Below are positions 16,188 to 24,822 of a stretch of 28,404 nucleotides of DNA, in pieces (positions within the stretch are counted from its first letter, which is position 1; each line of letters opens with the position of its first letter). The stretch comes from Candidatus Thorarchaeota archaeon. Lineage in GTDB: Archaea; Asgardarchaeota; Thorarchaeia; Thorarchaeales; Thorarchaeaceae. The notes under the pieces were generated by a model. The model saw nothing but the letters and a program-made list of their open reading frames with translations, was not told the origin of the DNA and did not search any database. Where the stretch lies: contig JBHLRP010000042.1 in NCBI GenBank assembly GCA_048882485.1, positions 1-28,404 on the forward strand, written 5' to 3'. Both the position numbers and the translations under genes were made by a program.

Positions 16188-17303
16188 TTAGAAAAACTGC
16201 TTTGGCTTTCTCCTTTGAGCATACCAGGAATGATTTGTGATACCCTTACTCATTTCCCAGGCTCTTGTGTTGTAGAATGCAAGAGGATGGAGTATAAATG
16301 TACACAGAGGATCAGAGGCCGTTCCAAGTTGAACAGGACATAGACCTGCGTTCTGGAGCTTCTTGCATCCAGGAGGCTTGTACTCCTTTCGACGAATGTG
16401 ATCTACTTGATACCCAGCGAGACTCCGAGCAAAATCAGGTGAACCCTCAAAGATTTTCATAATGGATTTCATATCCATATTGATATTGAGAAGGAAGGAT
16501 GCCAGAGCAAAACGGCCTTCATGTGACACGTTCTTCCCGTCTAGATGGTCCTGATGCAGATTGGCTATGCATGGAGGGAACGCAGTTGAAGCATCCTCGG
16601 GCAATTCGATTTCTGAACGCTCCCGAACATAGCTGGGCATTTCGGATTCAATTCTCTGTACGGCTTCAGTTAGACGCATGGGCAGGTCAGGGACATTGAT
16701 TTCACTTTGCTCGATGAGATTCTGAAATTTCCCGGATATTAGTCTATGAAGCTCTGACTTCCTAACTGATATCCAGCCACGATCAAGATGACGGTTGATT
16801 AGTTTCCATTTCCCGGTGGCATCTTTGAAGGAAGGAGCAACTTCAAGAAAATCCTCGAAATGAATCCTGTAATCGAAGCTTCTTAGTGAAAGGGGCAGTT
16901 TTGCCCGCTCAGATGGTGTTCCAGTAGATTCGACCTCCCATCCTAGTGAATCGGTGCATAGACTCATGACATATCTTTCTCGCTCGGAGCTTAGATGCTT
17001 GTTGACAGCTTTGGACTCTGCGACAGCCTGAATCCCTCTAAGTGTCTGCCTTCCAATCTTTTCGACGATAAGACGGGCCGTCTGATACACAAGCAAAGCT
17101 TCCTCACGAACAATGGAAGGAAGCTGAATCTCTGATTTTGTGAGTGCTGCATATACCCGGCTCTCAGCCTCTTCAATTATATCGTAATTGCGCGGATCTT
17201 CCAATATCTTGACCATAGAGCCGATGTCACGTGCAATCTTCTGAACTGATGTCCTAGCCTCCACTGAAAAGGGATATTTCAGTAGCTCAATTGAAACGGC
17301 CAA
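16188..17303 (-). CDS. priL: DNA primase large subunit PriL
   Basis: KYPF N-terminus, WKLINRHLDRGWI, C-terminal Fe-S domain FPPCI...HEGRFALASFL...YQVDHI...YKPPGCKKLQNAGLCP...C...HPLAFY with four Cys. Confidence 0.93.
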   Translation of the reverse strand: MAVSIELLKYPFSVEARTSVQKIARDIGSMVKILEDPRNYDIIEEAESRVYAALTKSEIQLPSIVREEALLVYQTARLIVEKIGRQTLRGIQAVAESKAVNKHLSSERERYVMSLCTDSLGWEVESTGTPSERAKLPLSLRSFDYRIHFEDFLEVAPSFKDATGKWKLINRHLDRGWISVRKSELHRLISGKFQNLIEQSEINVPDLPMRLTEAVQRIESEMPSYVRERSEIELPEDASTAFPPCIANLHQDHLDGKNVSHEGRFALASFLLNINMDMKSIMKIFEGSPDFARSLAGYQVDHIRRKEYKPPGCKKLQNAGLCPVQLGTASDPLCTFILHPLAFYNTRAWEMSKGITNHSWYAQRRKPKQFF

Positions 17304-17339
17304 GTTCTCGCGCCTCTCACCAGTATTCTGTCAGACTCG

Positions 17340-17573
17340 TTAAATAAACTGTCCTCGACGACGTCTGGAGAATCTTCTGCTAAACGTCGGAGTATAATCG
17401 TCGATTCCTCTTGTATAATACCTTCTTCCGCATGAAGCACATTGAAACATCTGGATTCCCCTAGTCCGGCCCCAGCGGTCAAAGATGAGATGTACATTTT
17501 CGCTCTGACAGCGAGGACATGAGATATTCGATTTCGCATATGCCCATGGTGAATGATGTCGTTTTGCTCTCAT
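17340..17573 (-). CDS. Small zinc-ribbon protein with Arg-rich tail (IS1/InsA-like ribbon pattern)
   Basis: CPRCQSENVH...GRTRGIQMFQCASCGRRY and tail FSRRFSRRRR; co-oriented between the thioredoxin-like gene and priL. Start uncertain (17573/17579/17585). Confidence 0.72.
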   Translation of the reverse strand: MRAKRHHSPWAYAKSNISCPRCQSENVHLIFDRWGRTRGIQMFQCASCGRRYYTRGIDDYTPTFSRRFSRRRRGQFI

Positions 17574-17607
17574 TGACATCCTCACATGAAGAATGAAGGT
17601 GTGAACC

Positions 17608-18147
17608 CTAGACCCTACCTAGAACGTAATCAGATCTCATCAGTAGGTTCATGAATTCACCAAGGCTCTGCCGTAGAATCTCTGAATCACTGTACAGCTT
17701 TTTGAGCTCGGCCTTTCTGTCTTCTAAGGCTGGCTTGGAGCCCTGATTCACCTGCTTATAGGCTGCATTGGGCCTCTCAACCCACCGACAGATCTCTTGG
17801 TTCTCTTCACTCATGAATAGCACGACGGGAGTCTTTCTCTTTCCGTTGACCTTGTATTGCTGATGGAGTTTAGCGTACTTATCACTGTCAAGGACGCGCA
17901 GCTTCAATCTTGGGGAGAGTGCCGCCATCCGGGCAAGCACGGGAATGTTTCCTGCAGAGTCATCACAGCGGTCAGTGCCAATAACAAGAATTCGAATCTC
18001 ATTCTGAATACTACTCAATGTTTCCTGCTCACTCTCGTTGAGCATGAGATCGGCATATCGGGCTTTCATAAGCTCGACATTCTCCCGAGCATTCTTTAGG
18101 AAGGTATCGTATTCCAAAGCACTATCCCAATCTGCAGGTTCACACAT
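17608..18147 (-). CDS. Thioredoxin-fold protein (Thioredoxin_9-like, CxxS)
   Basis: ILVIGTDRCDDSAGNIPVL, LRVLDSD, NGKRKTPVVLF, RWVERP. Confidence 0.82.
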   Translation of the reverse strand: MCEPADWDSALEYDTFLKNARENVELMKARYADLMLNESEQETLSSIQNEIRILVIGTDRCDDSAGNIPVLARMAALSPRLKLRVLDSDKYAKLHQQYKVNGKRKTPVVLFMSEENQEICRWVERPNAAYKQVNQGSKPALEDRKAELKKLYSDSEILRQSLGEFMNLLMRSDYVLGRV

Positions 18148-18293
18148 GCTTTATCAACTCAATTTTCATGAAGAATTCCGCTAGACATGCTAGCAGTATC
18201 ATTTTGTGGTGTTCGAATAAAAGGATTACTTGAAAGGCATTAACAACCAAGAAATGGAAACAAATCTATACTCAGCTTCTTTGATGAAGATAT

Positions 18294-18977
18294 ATGGTTG
18301 AAGAAACTCGTAGGGCTTTAATGCAGGATTTGAGGAGTAGAGAAGACGAAGAGAAAGGAAGAATGGTAGCCAGTTACATGAAGACATCGAGTCTTCGGTT
18401 CCTCGGCGTTTCTGTGACTGAGGCTCGCAAGATAACAAGGAAGCACATCAAGGGACTTGATATCGATGACTTACCCCTACTGATAGAGCAGCTATGGCAG
18501 GAGCCTGTATTCGATTTCAAGCTGGCAGCAATCGAGGCACTTGAGAAGTACAGTGCGGAGGGCAACATCGAAATTGCATTTTCCATGATTGATAGAATGA
18601 TTGAAGACGTTGATACATGGTCCACAGTGGACCCGTTATGCATTGTCTGCCTGGCAAATGTAATTATCAGAGACCCCGGATATGAGAAGAAGATAGCTAA
18701 ATGGCGCACAAGCAACAACTTCTGGAGGCGCAGAGCAACTCTATTGCCCTACGTTCATCTGTCGAAGAAGCGAATCTATCACAAGGATTATGCTGAACGT
18801 TCGCTCGCCGCCGTTGAACCACACTTGTCTGATAACGAGTTCTTTGTGGCGAAAGCTGTTGGATGGGTTCTTAGAGAACTGAGTAAGAGAGAACCGGACC
18901 TCGTTCGTAGATTCATTGATGACAATAGAGATAGGATGAACAAACTCTCGATAAGAGAAGGTAGCAAGAAACTGTAG
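18294..18977 (+). CDS. DNA alkylation repair enzyme, AlkD-like HEAT-repeat family
   Basis: YMKTSSLRFLGV, VDTWSTVD, W..SNNFWRRRA, EFFVAKAVGWVLRELSK, LSIREGSKKL. Confidence 0.9.
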   Translation: MVEETRRALMQDLRSREDEEKGRMVASYMKTSSLRFLGVSVTEARKITRKHIKGLDIDDLPLLIEQLWQEPVFDFKLAAIEALEKYSAEGNIEIAFSMIDRMIEDVDTWSTVDPLCIVCLANVIIRDPGYEKKIAKWRTSNNFWRRRATLLPYVHLSKKRIYHKDYAERSLAAVEPHLSDNEFFVAKAVGWVLRELSKREPDLVRRFIDDNRDRMNKLSIREGSKKL

Positions 18978-19037
18978 TGAACATCTCAGGGATTCCGAGT
19001 AGATGATATAAGACCGGAGGTTGCTAGAATAAGTGAC

Positions 19038-19385
19038 ATGACAGCTAAGATGATGGCATATTGTGGGATTGTCTGCACGGAATGCAATGCGTACATCGCA
19101 ACAAAGACCAATGATGATGAACTCCGAAAGAAGACAGCAAATGAGTGGGGCTCACCTGAATGGCCTGTTGAAGCCGTAGATATCAATTGTCAGGGGTGTA
19201 AATCAACCGGAGATGATCATTTCAAGTTCTGTTCGACTTGTGGTGTCAGAGCCTGCGGTAGCCAACGCAATGTCCAAACGTGTGCACACTGTGATGATTA
19301 CGGGTGTGATACTCTCGAGGAATTTCTCAAGATGACAGGAGAAGGGTTCAGAGAAAAACTTGAGACCCTCAGAAGTAGCCTTTAG
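19038..19385 (+). CDS. DUF3795 cysteine-rich protein
   Basis: AYCGIVCTECNAY...CQGCK...CSTCGVRAC...TCAHCDDYGC pattern. Confidence 0.87.
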   Translation: MTAKMMAYCGIVCTECNAYIATKTNDDELRKKTANEWGSPEWPVEAVDINCQGCKSTGDDHFKFCSTCGVRACGSQRNVQTCAHCDDYGCDTLEEFLKMTGEGFREKLETLRSSL

Positions 19386-19465
19386 CGCTCGATGATACAC
19401 AATACTTTCGGTTTCCTGTTGGGTTTATCTAAGTTAGTCTTTCACTATACTTTGGAGTAGAGAGA

Positions 19466-20596
19466 ATGAAGAGAGCAGGTGTTGCTGACCTGAAACTACA
19501 TCCAGGTAAAGCACCGCATTGGCTGGTCAAGAGAATGATGCCTATGGCTAGTGCGCTCTGTGAATTCATAGTAGATGAATTTGGGACACTCGAGCTTCTG
19601 AGGCGACTCTCAGATCCGGTCTACTTTCAAGCACTGTCAAATGTTTTGGGTTATGATTGGGACAGTTCCGGATCAACCACTGTAACATGCGGAATCCTGA
19701 AGTCTGTACTGAGTTGGGAGAAGCACAGTATGGTAGGCATCGGGGGAAAGGGGCTTGCCTCCAGAAGGGTGCCAGACCAGCTGAGGGCGTTGGAAGACTT
19801 CGGACTCGATGGATACGGACTTGCTGAGATAAGCAAGGCTGTGGCGAAGGTTGACAATGCTGCAGTTCAGGACGGATATCAATTGTATCAGCACGTCTTC
19901 TTTGTGGACCCTGAAGAGAATTGGACAGTAGTACAGCAAGGCATGGATAACAATTCAAACGATGCACGCAGGTACCACTGGATCTCTCAAGAGGTGGACA
20001 GCTTCATTGATGAGCCTCATACTGGAATGATATCCGGTCAAGTGAAGAAGGCGACTCTCGATCTCACCTCCAAGGAGTCTGAGGAGTGTCGAAAGACAAC
20101 TCTAGAAATAGTCAAGGAGGAACCACGAAAGGTCAGGAAGCTCTTTGAGGATGTGAAGGCGTACGGTGAGAGCACGCTAATCCCATGGATTGAGGGAGAG
20201 GGTCCAGAGGCGTCCATGCCATCTTACAAGGTAATCCCCAACAGAATGGACTGGAATGCCGTACGTAAAGCATACGAAGTACAGCCATCCGGCTATGAAG
20301 ACATGCTCTTTATCGATGGGATGGGGCCTGCGACAGTGAGGGGACTGTCTCTTATCTCAGAGATGATCTATGGATCAGCACCATCTTGGTCAGATCCAGT
20401 CCGCATGACGTTTGCATTTGGTGGGAAGGATGGAGTGCCATATCCAGTTCCACGTCAAGACTATGACGAAGCAATCAAGTTCATGGAGCAGGCCTTGAAT
20501 GATGCAAAACTGGGTAGAAGAGACCGCGTTATAGCCCTCAGAAGACTGAGTGAATTTGCACCGCCAGTCCTCCGTGCGGTTTCCCAAGGGAGCTGA
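19466..20596 (+). CDS. DUF763 family protein
   Basis: ADLKLHPGKAPHWL, RLSDPVYFQ..SNVLGYDWDSSGSTT, AKVDNAAVQDGYQLYQH, VVQQGM, ARRYHW, FAFGGKDGVPYPV. Confidence 0.92.
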   Translation: MKRAGVADLKLHPGKAPHWLVKRMMPMASALCEFIVDEFGTLELLRRLSDPVYFQALSNVLGYDWDSSGSTTVTCGILKSVLSWEKHSMVGIGGKGLASRRVPDQLRALEDFGLDGYGLAEISKAVAKVDNAAVQDGYQLYQHVFFVDPEENWTVVQQGMDNNSNDARRYHWISQEVDSFIDEPHTGMISGQVKKATLDLTSKESEECRKTTLEIVKEEPRKVRKLFEDVKAYGESTLIPWIEGEGPEASMPSYKVIPNRMDWNAVRKAYEVQPSGYEDMLFIDGMGPATVRGLSLISEMIYGSAPSWSDPVRMTFAFGGKDGVPYPVPRQDYDEAIKFMEQALNDAKLGRRDRVIALRRLSEFAPPVLRAVSQGS

Positions 20597-20649
20597 CGCA
20601 GTTGGTGCAGACCGAAGCATAGATTTTACCGACTTGCGCAGCCAAACCC

Positions 20650-21456
20650 ATGATAGAGATTGAGCCCTATGACAATCTGATGACATGTATCAAGACTGGC
20701 TCGGATTTCAATGGCAGTGTTGTGATGTGGACTTATGCCTATCTGATTGAGGATTCTCTAATAGAAGCAGGATGCCCAAATGCATCCAGGGAAATTCAAG
20801 AATTTGCAGCCAGAAATCCAATCAGAAGTGTTTTTGTGACACACACCCATGAAGACCATCTTGGCTGTTGCTCAGTCCTCGCACCTGAATCCGAGATATA
20901 TGCAACACCCCCCGTTGCAGAGTTTCTGAAGAATCCGAAGACACTCCCGGACTTCTTTGTGATGGTCTGGGGTCAACCGGAACCAGTTCATGAAGTGTTG
21001 CCAATGCCTCAGCAGTTTGAGATTGGGGATCTATCATTTGAATGGTTATCACTGCCTGGTCATACAGACCATATGATAGGGTTCTACGAGAAGGAGAGAG
21101 GTTGGCTATTCTCTGCAGATGCCGTCCCATTGCCATCAAGAAAGGAGCTTGCAATGCCTGATGAGAATGTTCCAGAGATGATAGTCACCATGGAGAAGAT
21201 TCAGAAACTCGAATTGAACATTCTCTTTGATGGTCATAGGGGACCTGTAGAAGATCCCTACGAATACATTCAGAAGCGTATTGATTTTCTGAAGGACTTG
21301 CAGAAATCTATAAAGGAACTGCATGATCAGGGGCAAGACATTCCGGAAATCCAGGAGAGTCTTGGAATAGAGGCTCCTTGGTACGCTGGTATGACTGAGG
21401 GACGATTCACGGTGGACCACCTGATTGAATCGCTGATTTTTGATGAAGTTCCCTAA
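20650..21456 (+). CDS. Metallo-beta-lactamase fold hydrolase
   Basis: THTHEDHLG (HxHxDH), PGHTDH, LFSAD, DGHRG. Confidence 0.9.
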   Translation: MIEIEPYDNLMTCIKTGSDFNGSVVMWTYAYLIEDSLIEAGCPNASREIQEFAARNPIRSVFVTHTHEDHLGCCSVLAPESEIYATPPVAEFLKNPKTLPDFFVMVWGQPEPVHEVLPMPQQFEIGDLSFEWLSLPGHTDHMIGFYEKERGWLFSADAVPLPSRKELAMPDENVPEMIVTMEKIQKLELNILFDGHRGPVEDPYEYIQKRIDFLKDLQKSIKELHDQGQDIPEIQESLGIEAPWYAGMTEGRFTVDHLIESLIFDEVP

Positions 21457-21513
21457 GCTGAGAAGTAATAAGGGCAGGATTCAACTAATTCGTGAAAGTG
21501 AGCTGAGTAAGAG

Positions 21514-21828
21514 ATGATTATGGGAATCGTAACAATCGCAGTCATCATCGTTGTTGCTGCTGCCACTCCACTCATTTTCCCTAACATATATGCTGACACA
21601 ATTGGCCATTTCTTGGCGGCTAGACCTGACGACTACGAGGGTTGGACATTTTATGGACAGCTTCTGACCCGATTAAAGGACTATGACTTCGCACTGTTTG
21701 CTTTTAACAAAGCAGTAGCTATCAGGCCGGACTATTCAGAGGCATGGGAAAAGATGGGAGACCTCTTCATGCTGATGGATGAGACCGAAAACGCAAATCA
21801 AGCATACAGAATGGCAAAGAAGGAATAA
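21514..21828 (+). CDS. Small membrane-anchored TPR protein
   Basis: N-terminal TM (IVTIAVIIVVAAA) and about two TPRs (GWTFYGQLL...AFNKAVAIRPDYSEAWEKMG). Confidence 0.78.
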   Translation: MIMGIVTIAVIIVVAAATPLIFPNIYADTIGHFLAARPDDYEGWTFYGQLLTRLKDYDFALFAFNKAVAIRPDYSEAWEKMGDLFMLMDETENANQAYRMAKKE

Positions 21829-21835
21829 TTCACCG

Positions 21836-22726
21836 TTATTCATCTTTAGGCATCCGTCTTCTCGCATAGACCTCTTTATCATTCATATCTCGACCAATTA
21901 CATCTTCACGACCAACAGCTCTGAGCCGTACAAGTGCATGAGGATATGGGTCAAGAAACTCTTCCTCAATTCCGCGTCGCACTGTCGGATGAATATCATT
22001 TAGCCGGTCGTAGATGACTCTCTTCTCTTCGTCTGAAGTGAATCTAGGGTCTACCACCACAGCCACATGGAACGACGCACCTGCATCCCATAGACGCTGA
22101 GCCGCGATGAATGGGAGTTCGAGGAACTCGGTCGAACACCCAGTCTTTACCATAAACGAATCAGGCAGCCCTCCACGAATCGAGAGCCGAACATGCCCAA
22201 CGGTTTCACCATCCCGGGATGCGTATTGAGCCAATCTTGATGCTAGATCTTCTTCTGTTCCTATCACTACTCCATTGGTTTCAATTACGAACAAGTCAAA
22301 GGCATTGGCATCTCGATGGACAAGTTCAAGGATGCCACAGATGTGATCTGGGCACAGAGTAGGTTCAGCACCACTTACTCGAGCACGCCTGAGTTTCTGG
22401 ACCTTCATGATTTCCCTTAGATTGGAATAGACTTGGAATGGAGAGTAGAACTCTCCATACCGTTCCGGCCAGTCTCGGCTCCAGTCTACCCAGCAGAACG
22501 TGCATCTGTAATTGCAGCCGACTGAATAGGCAGTAGCAATACCCCCATAGACTCCCACGGCATAGAATCTCGTGTATTTTCTAAGATGAACTCCATCCAC
22601 AACTTTGCATACAATCTTTCTCGTTGACTCAGTTAGTTTGACCGGATTCATGGGGAAAGGCGGTTCGAGTTCACCATCCGGTCCAGTCCTAGCAAATCGG
22701 ATTGGTTTCTCATCATAATCCGTCAT
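21836..22726 (-). CDS. Radical SAM protein (archaeal COG5014-like)
   Basis: RKYTRFYAVGVYGGIATAYSVGCNYRCTFCW (Cx3Cx2C), RVSGAEPT, FVIETNG, HVRLSIRG. Confidence 0.9.
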   Translation of the reverse strand: MTDYDEKPIRFARTGPDGELEPPFPMNPVKLTESTRKIVCKVVDGVHLRKYTRFYAVGVYGGIATAYSVGCNYRCTFCWVDWSRDWPERYGEFYSPFQVYSNLREIMKVQKLRRARVSGAEPTLCPDHICGILELVHRDANAFDLFVIETNGVVIGTEEDLASRLAQYASRDGETVGHVRLSIRGGLPDSFMVKTGCSTEFLELPFIAAQRLWDAGASFHVAVVVDPRFTSDEEKRVIYDRLNDIHPTVRRGIEEEFLDPYPHALVRLRAVGREDVIGRDMNDKEVYARRRMPKDE

Positions 22727-22783
22727 TGAAACACCTTCGGCAATGAACGAGTTTTAGGTTTTGCAAGCAGGAATACATTCCTT

Positions 22784-23938
22784 TCATCGCTTCTTCTTTG
22801 GCTTTCTCCTGCGTTCATCAAATCTGTCTGAGAATGAGCGAGTCGCCTTTTCACGTTCCCGTTCTGCTCGAGCGGCCTTCTTTTGGCGTGAGCAGTTGAT
22901 GCGTGCTGCACGTTTCAGCTCTGCAACGCGGTTTGCTTCTCTATCGTCGCTACGTTTCTTGTAGAGCTTTCGTGCCCGTTCCCAAGCCTCTGATGCGGAG
23001 CAAAAATCCTCCAGTCGGGCATAGGTTGTTGCTTTTGCATCGAACACTTGCGGATCATCCTGGACTATTGCAGTGAGTCGGTCCCAAGTCCTGCTGGCCT
23101 CTGACCATTCCTCTAAATCCATCTGGACAAACCCCAGATTCCGAAGCGCAGTAGTATGTTTCTTATCACGCACAAGTGCTCTTCGAAAATGTGCCGCTGC
23201 ATCTTTAAGACGCCCAGCTTTAAACTCCACCATGCCCATAGTGTTCTCCACAGAAGCATCACTTGGATCTATTTCTGAGGCCTTTTTGAGTGCCTTCATC
23301 GCCGCACGTTGTTTACCATATCTGATGTTCACATCGGCAAGAACACGCCAGGTCTCTATGTCGTCAGGTGCCAATTTGGTGGCTTTCTCAGCTGACTTCA
23401 CTGCTTCTTTTCCTTTCTCCATCATTGAGAGACCTATTGCTCGGTGAACAAGAGCTGTCACCTTTTCAGGATCAAGCATCAGTGCTTGGTCATAGTTGAT
23501 GACTGCATCATTGAAGTGGCCTTGCTCCAATTTGATGTCACCCATGCGAATCCAGATCGCTGGAACATCAGTGACTGTTTCGCTGACCTTCTCATAGCAT
23601 GCAAGCTCTTCCTTGGTTCGCCCTAGCGCCCGAAGAGCTTTGGCCTTGTCAATGAGGGCATCCCAATTGTCTGGAGAAAGCCGAAGTGCCTTGTCGAAAG
23701 ACTCCAATGCTCTGCTTGCCTTATCAGGACCTAGAGCCATGAGGACACGACCGCGATTAATGTGTGCCTCTGAGAGATTCGGGTCTAGGCGAATTGCTCG
23801 ATTTAAACAACGCAGAGCCTCTCCAAACTCGTTCTTGTTTGCCAAAAGAACTCCCCGGACATTCCAGGCGGATGCATCATCTGGATTCTCCTCAAGATGT
23901 TTCTTCACAGCTCTCAGGGTATCATCCACAGATGCCAT
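22784..23938 (-). CDS. Multi-TPR protein with basic C-terminal tail
   Basis: About nine consecutive TPR units (AWNVRG..., AIRLDP, ALRLSP, ALMLDP, ATKLAP, ASEIDP); tail RRRKPKKKR. Confidence 0.9.
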   Translation of the reverse strand: MASVDDTLRAVKKHLEENPDDASAWNVRGVLLANKNEFGEALRCLNRAIRLDPNLSEAHINRGRVLMALGPDKASRALESFDKALRLSPDNWDALIDKAKALRALGRTKEELACYEKVSETVTDVPAIWIRMGDIKLEQGHFNDAVINYDQALMLDPEKVTALVHRAIGLSMMEKGKEAVKSAEKATKLAPDDIETWRVLADVNIRYGKQRAAMKALKKASEIDPSDASVENTMGMVEFKAGRLKDAAAHFRRALVRDKKHTTALRNLGFVQMDLEEWSEASRTWDRLTAIVQDDPQVFDAKATTYARLEDFCSASEAWERARKLYKKRSDDREANRVAELKRAARINCSRQKKAARAEREREKATRSFSDRFDERRRKPKKKR

Positions 23939-24051
23939 CCAAATCTAGTTGATATCACTTGTATTAAAGAAAAAGGTTGACCGGCTAGACTCCTCTGCCG
24001 TCACATATAGATACAGGTAAGCAGATTGTAGGTCCACTTGGCGGAATATAG

Positions 24052-24789
24052 ATGATAGAAGGAATCGATGCTGTTATCTTCGACCTAGGAGGGACCCTCT
24101 ACAGGACAGACAGAGACCTTGGAGAAGTCCATAGACGATTTCTTGCTGAGGTAGGTCTGACAGATATTGCAGCCATGTCTGACTATGAGCTTGAAGGAGC
24201 GCAATCCCGTGGTCCCGATGTGTGGCTCGACGATTTCATGCTGAAGAAACGAGCCGACCTGCATTGGGAACCATCCAGAGAGGATTGGGTGGAGTATGAT
24301 AAACGGCTGTTAAAGAGCCTTGGCGCAAAAGGGGATATTGAAAAATTGGCCAATGAGTTTCAATCATTGTGGGACGATTGGCTTCGCCTTGACAGATACA
24401 TACCTCTGGATGGCTGTAGAGAAACACTTGTGGAACTGAGGAGAAGAGGCTACATGCTTGGAATGGCGTCAAATCGTTTTGGAGACCCTAGATCTATCCT
24501 CAAGCGTGATAACAATCTATCCCTGTTTGGGTCTATTGAGTATACAAATGTGCCTGGATACAAGAAACCGTCGCCCTATATGTTGCTCAAGGTGGCTGAC
24601 GACCTTCGAGTCAATCCTAGAAGATGCGTGTATGTCGGCAACTATGTGAGATATGATGTCGAGGCTGCAATCAGAGGTGACATGGTACCGATTCTTATCG
24701 TAGAGTGTAACTCTGAGGAGAGAGAGATTGCACCGGCCAATATCACGATTATCGACCATTTGCCTGAACTTCTAGAAATCCTACCATAA
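24052..24789 (+). CDS. HAD-superfamily hydrolase
   Basis: AVIFDLGGTL, GMASN, KKPSP, VYVGN...D. Confidence 0.88.
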   Translation: MIEGIDAVIFDLGGTLYRTDRDLGEVHRRFLAEVGLTDIAAMSDYELEGAQSRGPDVWLDDFMLKKRADLHWEPSREDWVEYDKRLLKSLGAKGDIEKLANEFQSLWDDWLRLDRYIPLDGCRETLVELRRRGYMLGMASNRFGDPRSILKRDNNLSLFGSIEYTNVPGYKKPSPYMLLKVADDLRVNPRRCVYVGNYVRYDVEAAIRGDMVPILIVECNSEEREIAPANITIIDHLPELLEILP

Positions 24790-24822
24790 TCCTAAAGACT
24801 ACCGAGCAATATACTAGGGGCA

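Noticed and set aside
17279-17607. IS element at the zinc-ribbon ORF; alternative 86-aa ORF 17279-17539
   Set aside because: No DDE or HUH domain, terminal inverted repeats or target duplications seen. The alternative frame lacks motifs and overlaps priL.
22784-22815. SV40-like nuclear localisation signal (PKKKR) at the TPR C-terminus as a eukaryotic signature
   Set aside because: Short basic motifs arise easily in Lys/Arg-rich tails and the host is prokaryotic; kept only as a basic tail.
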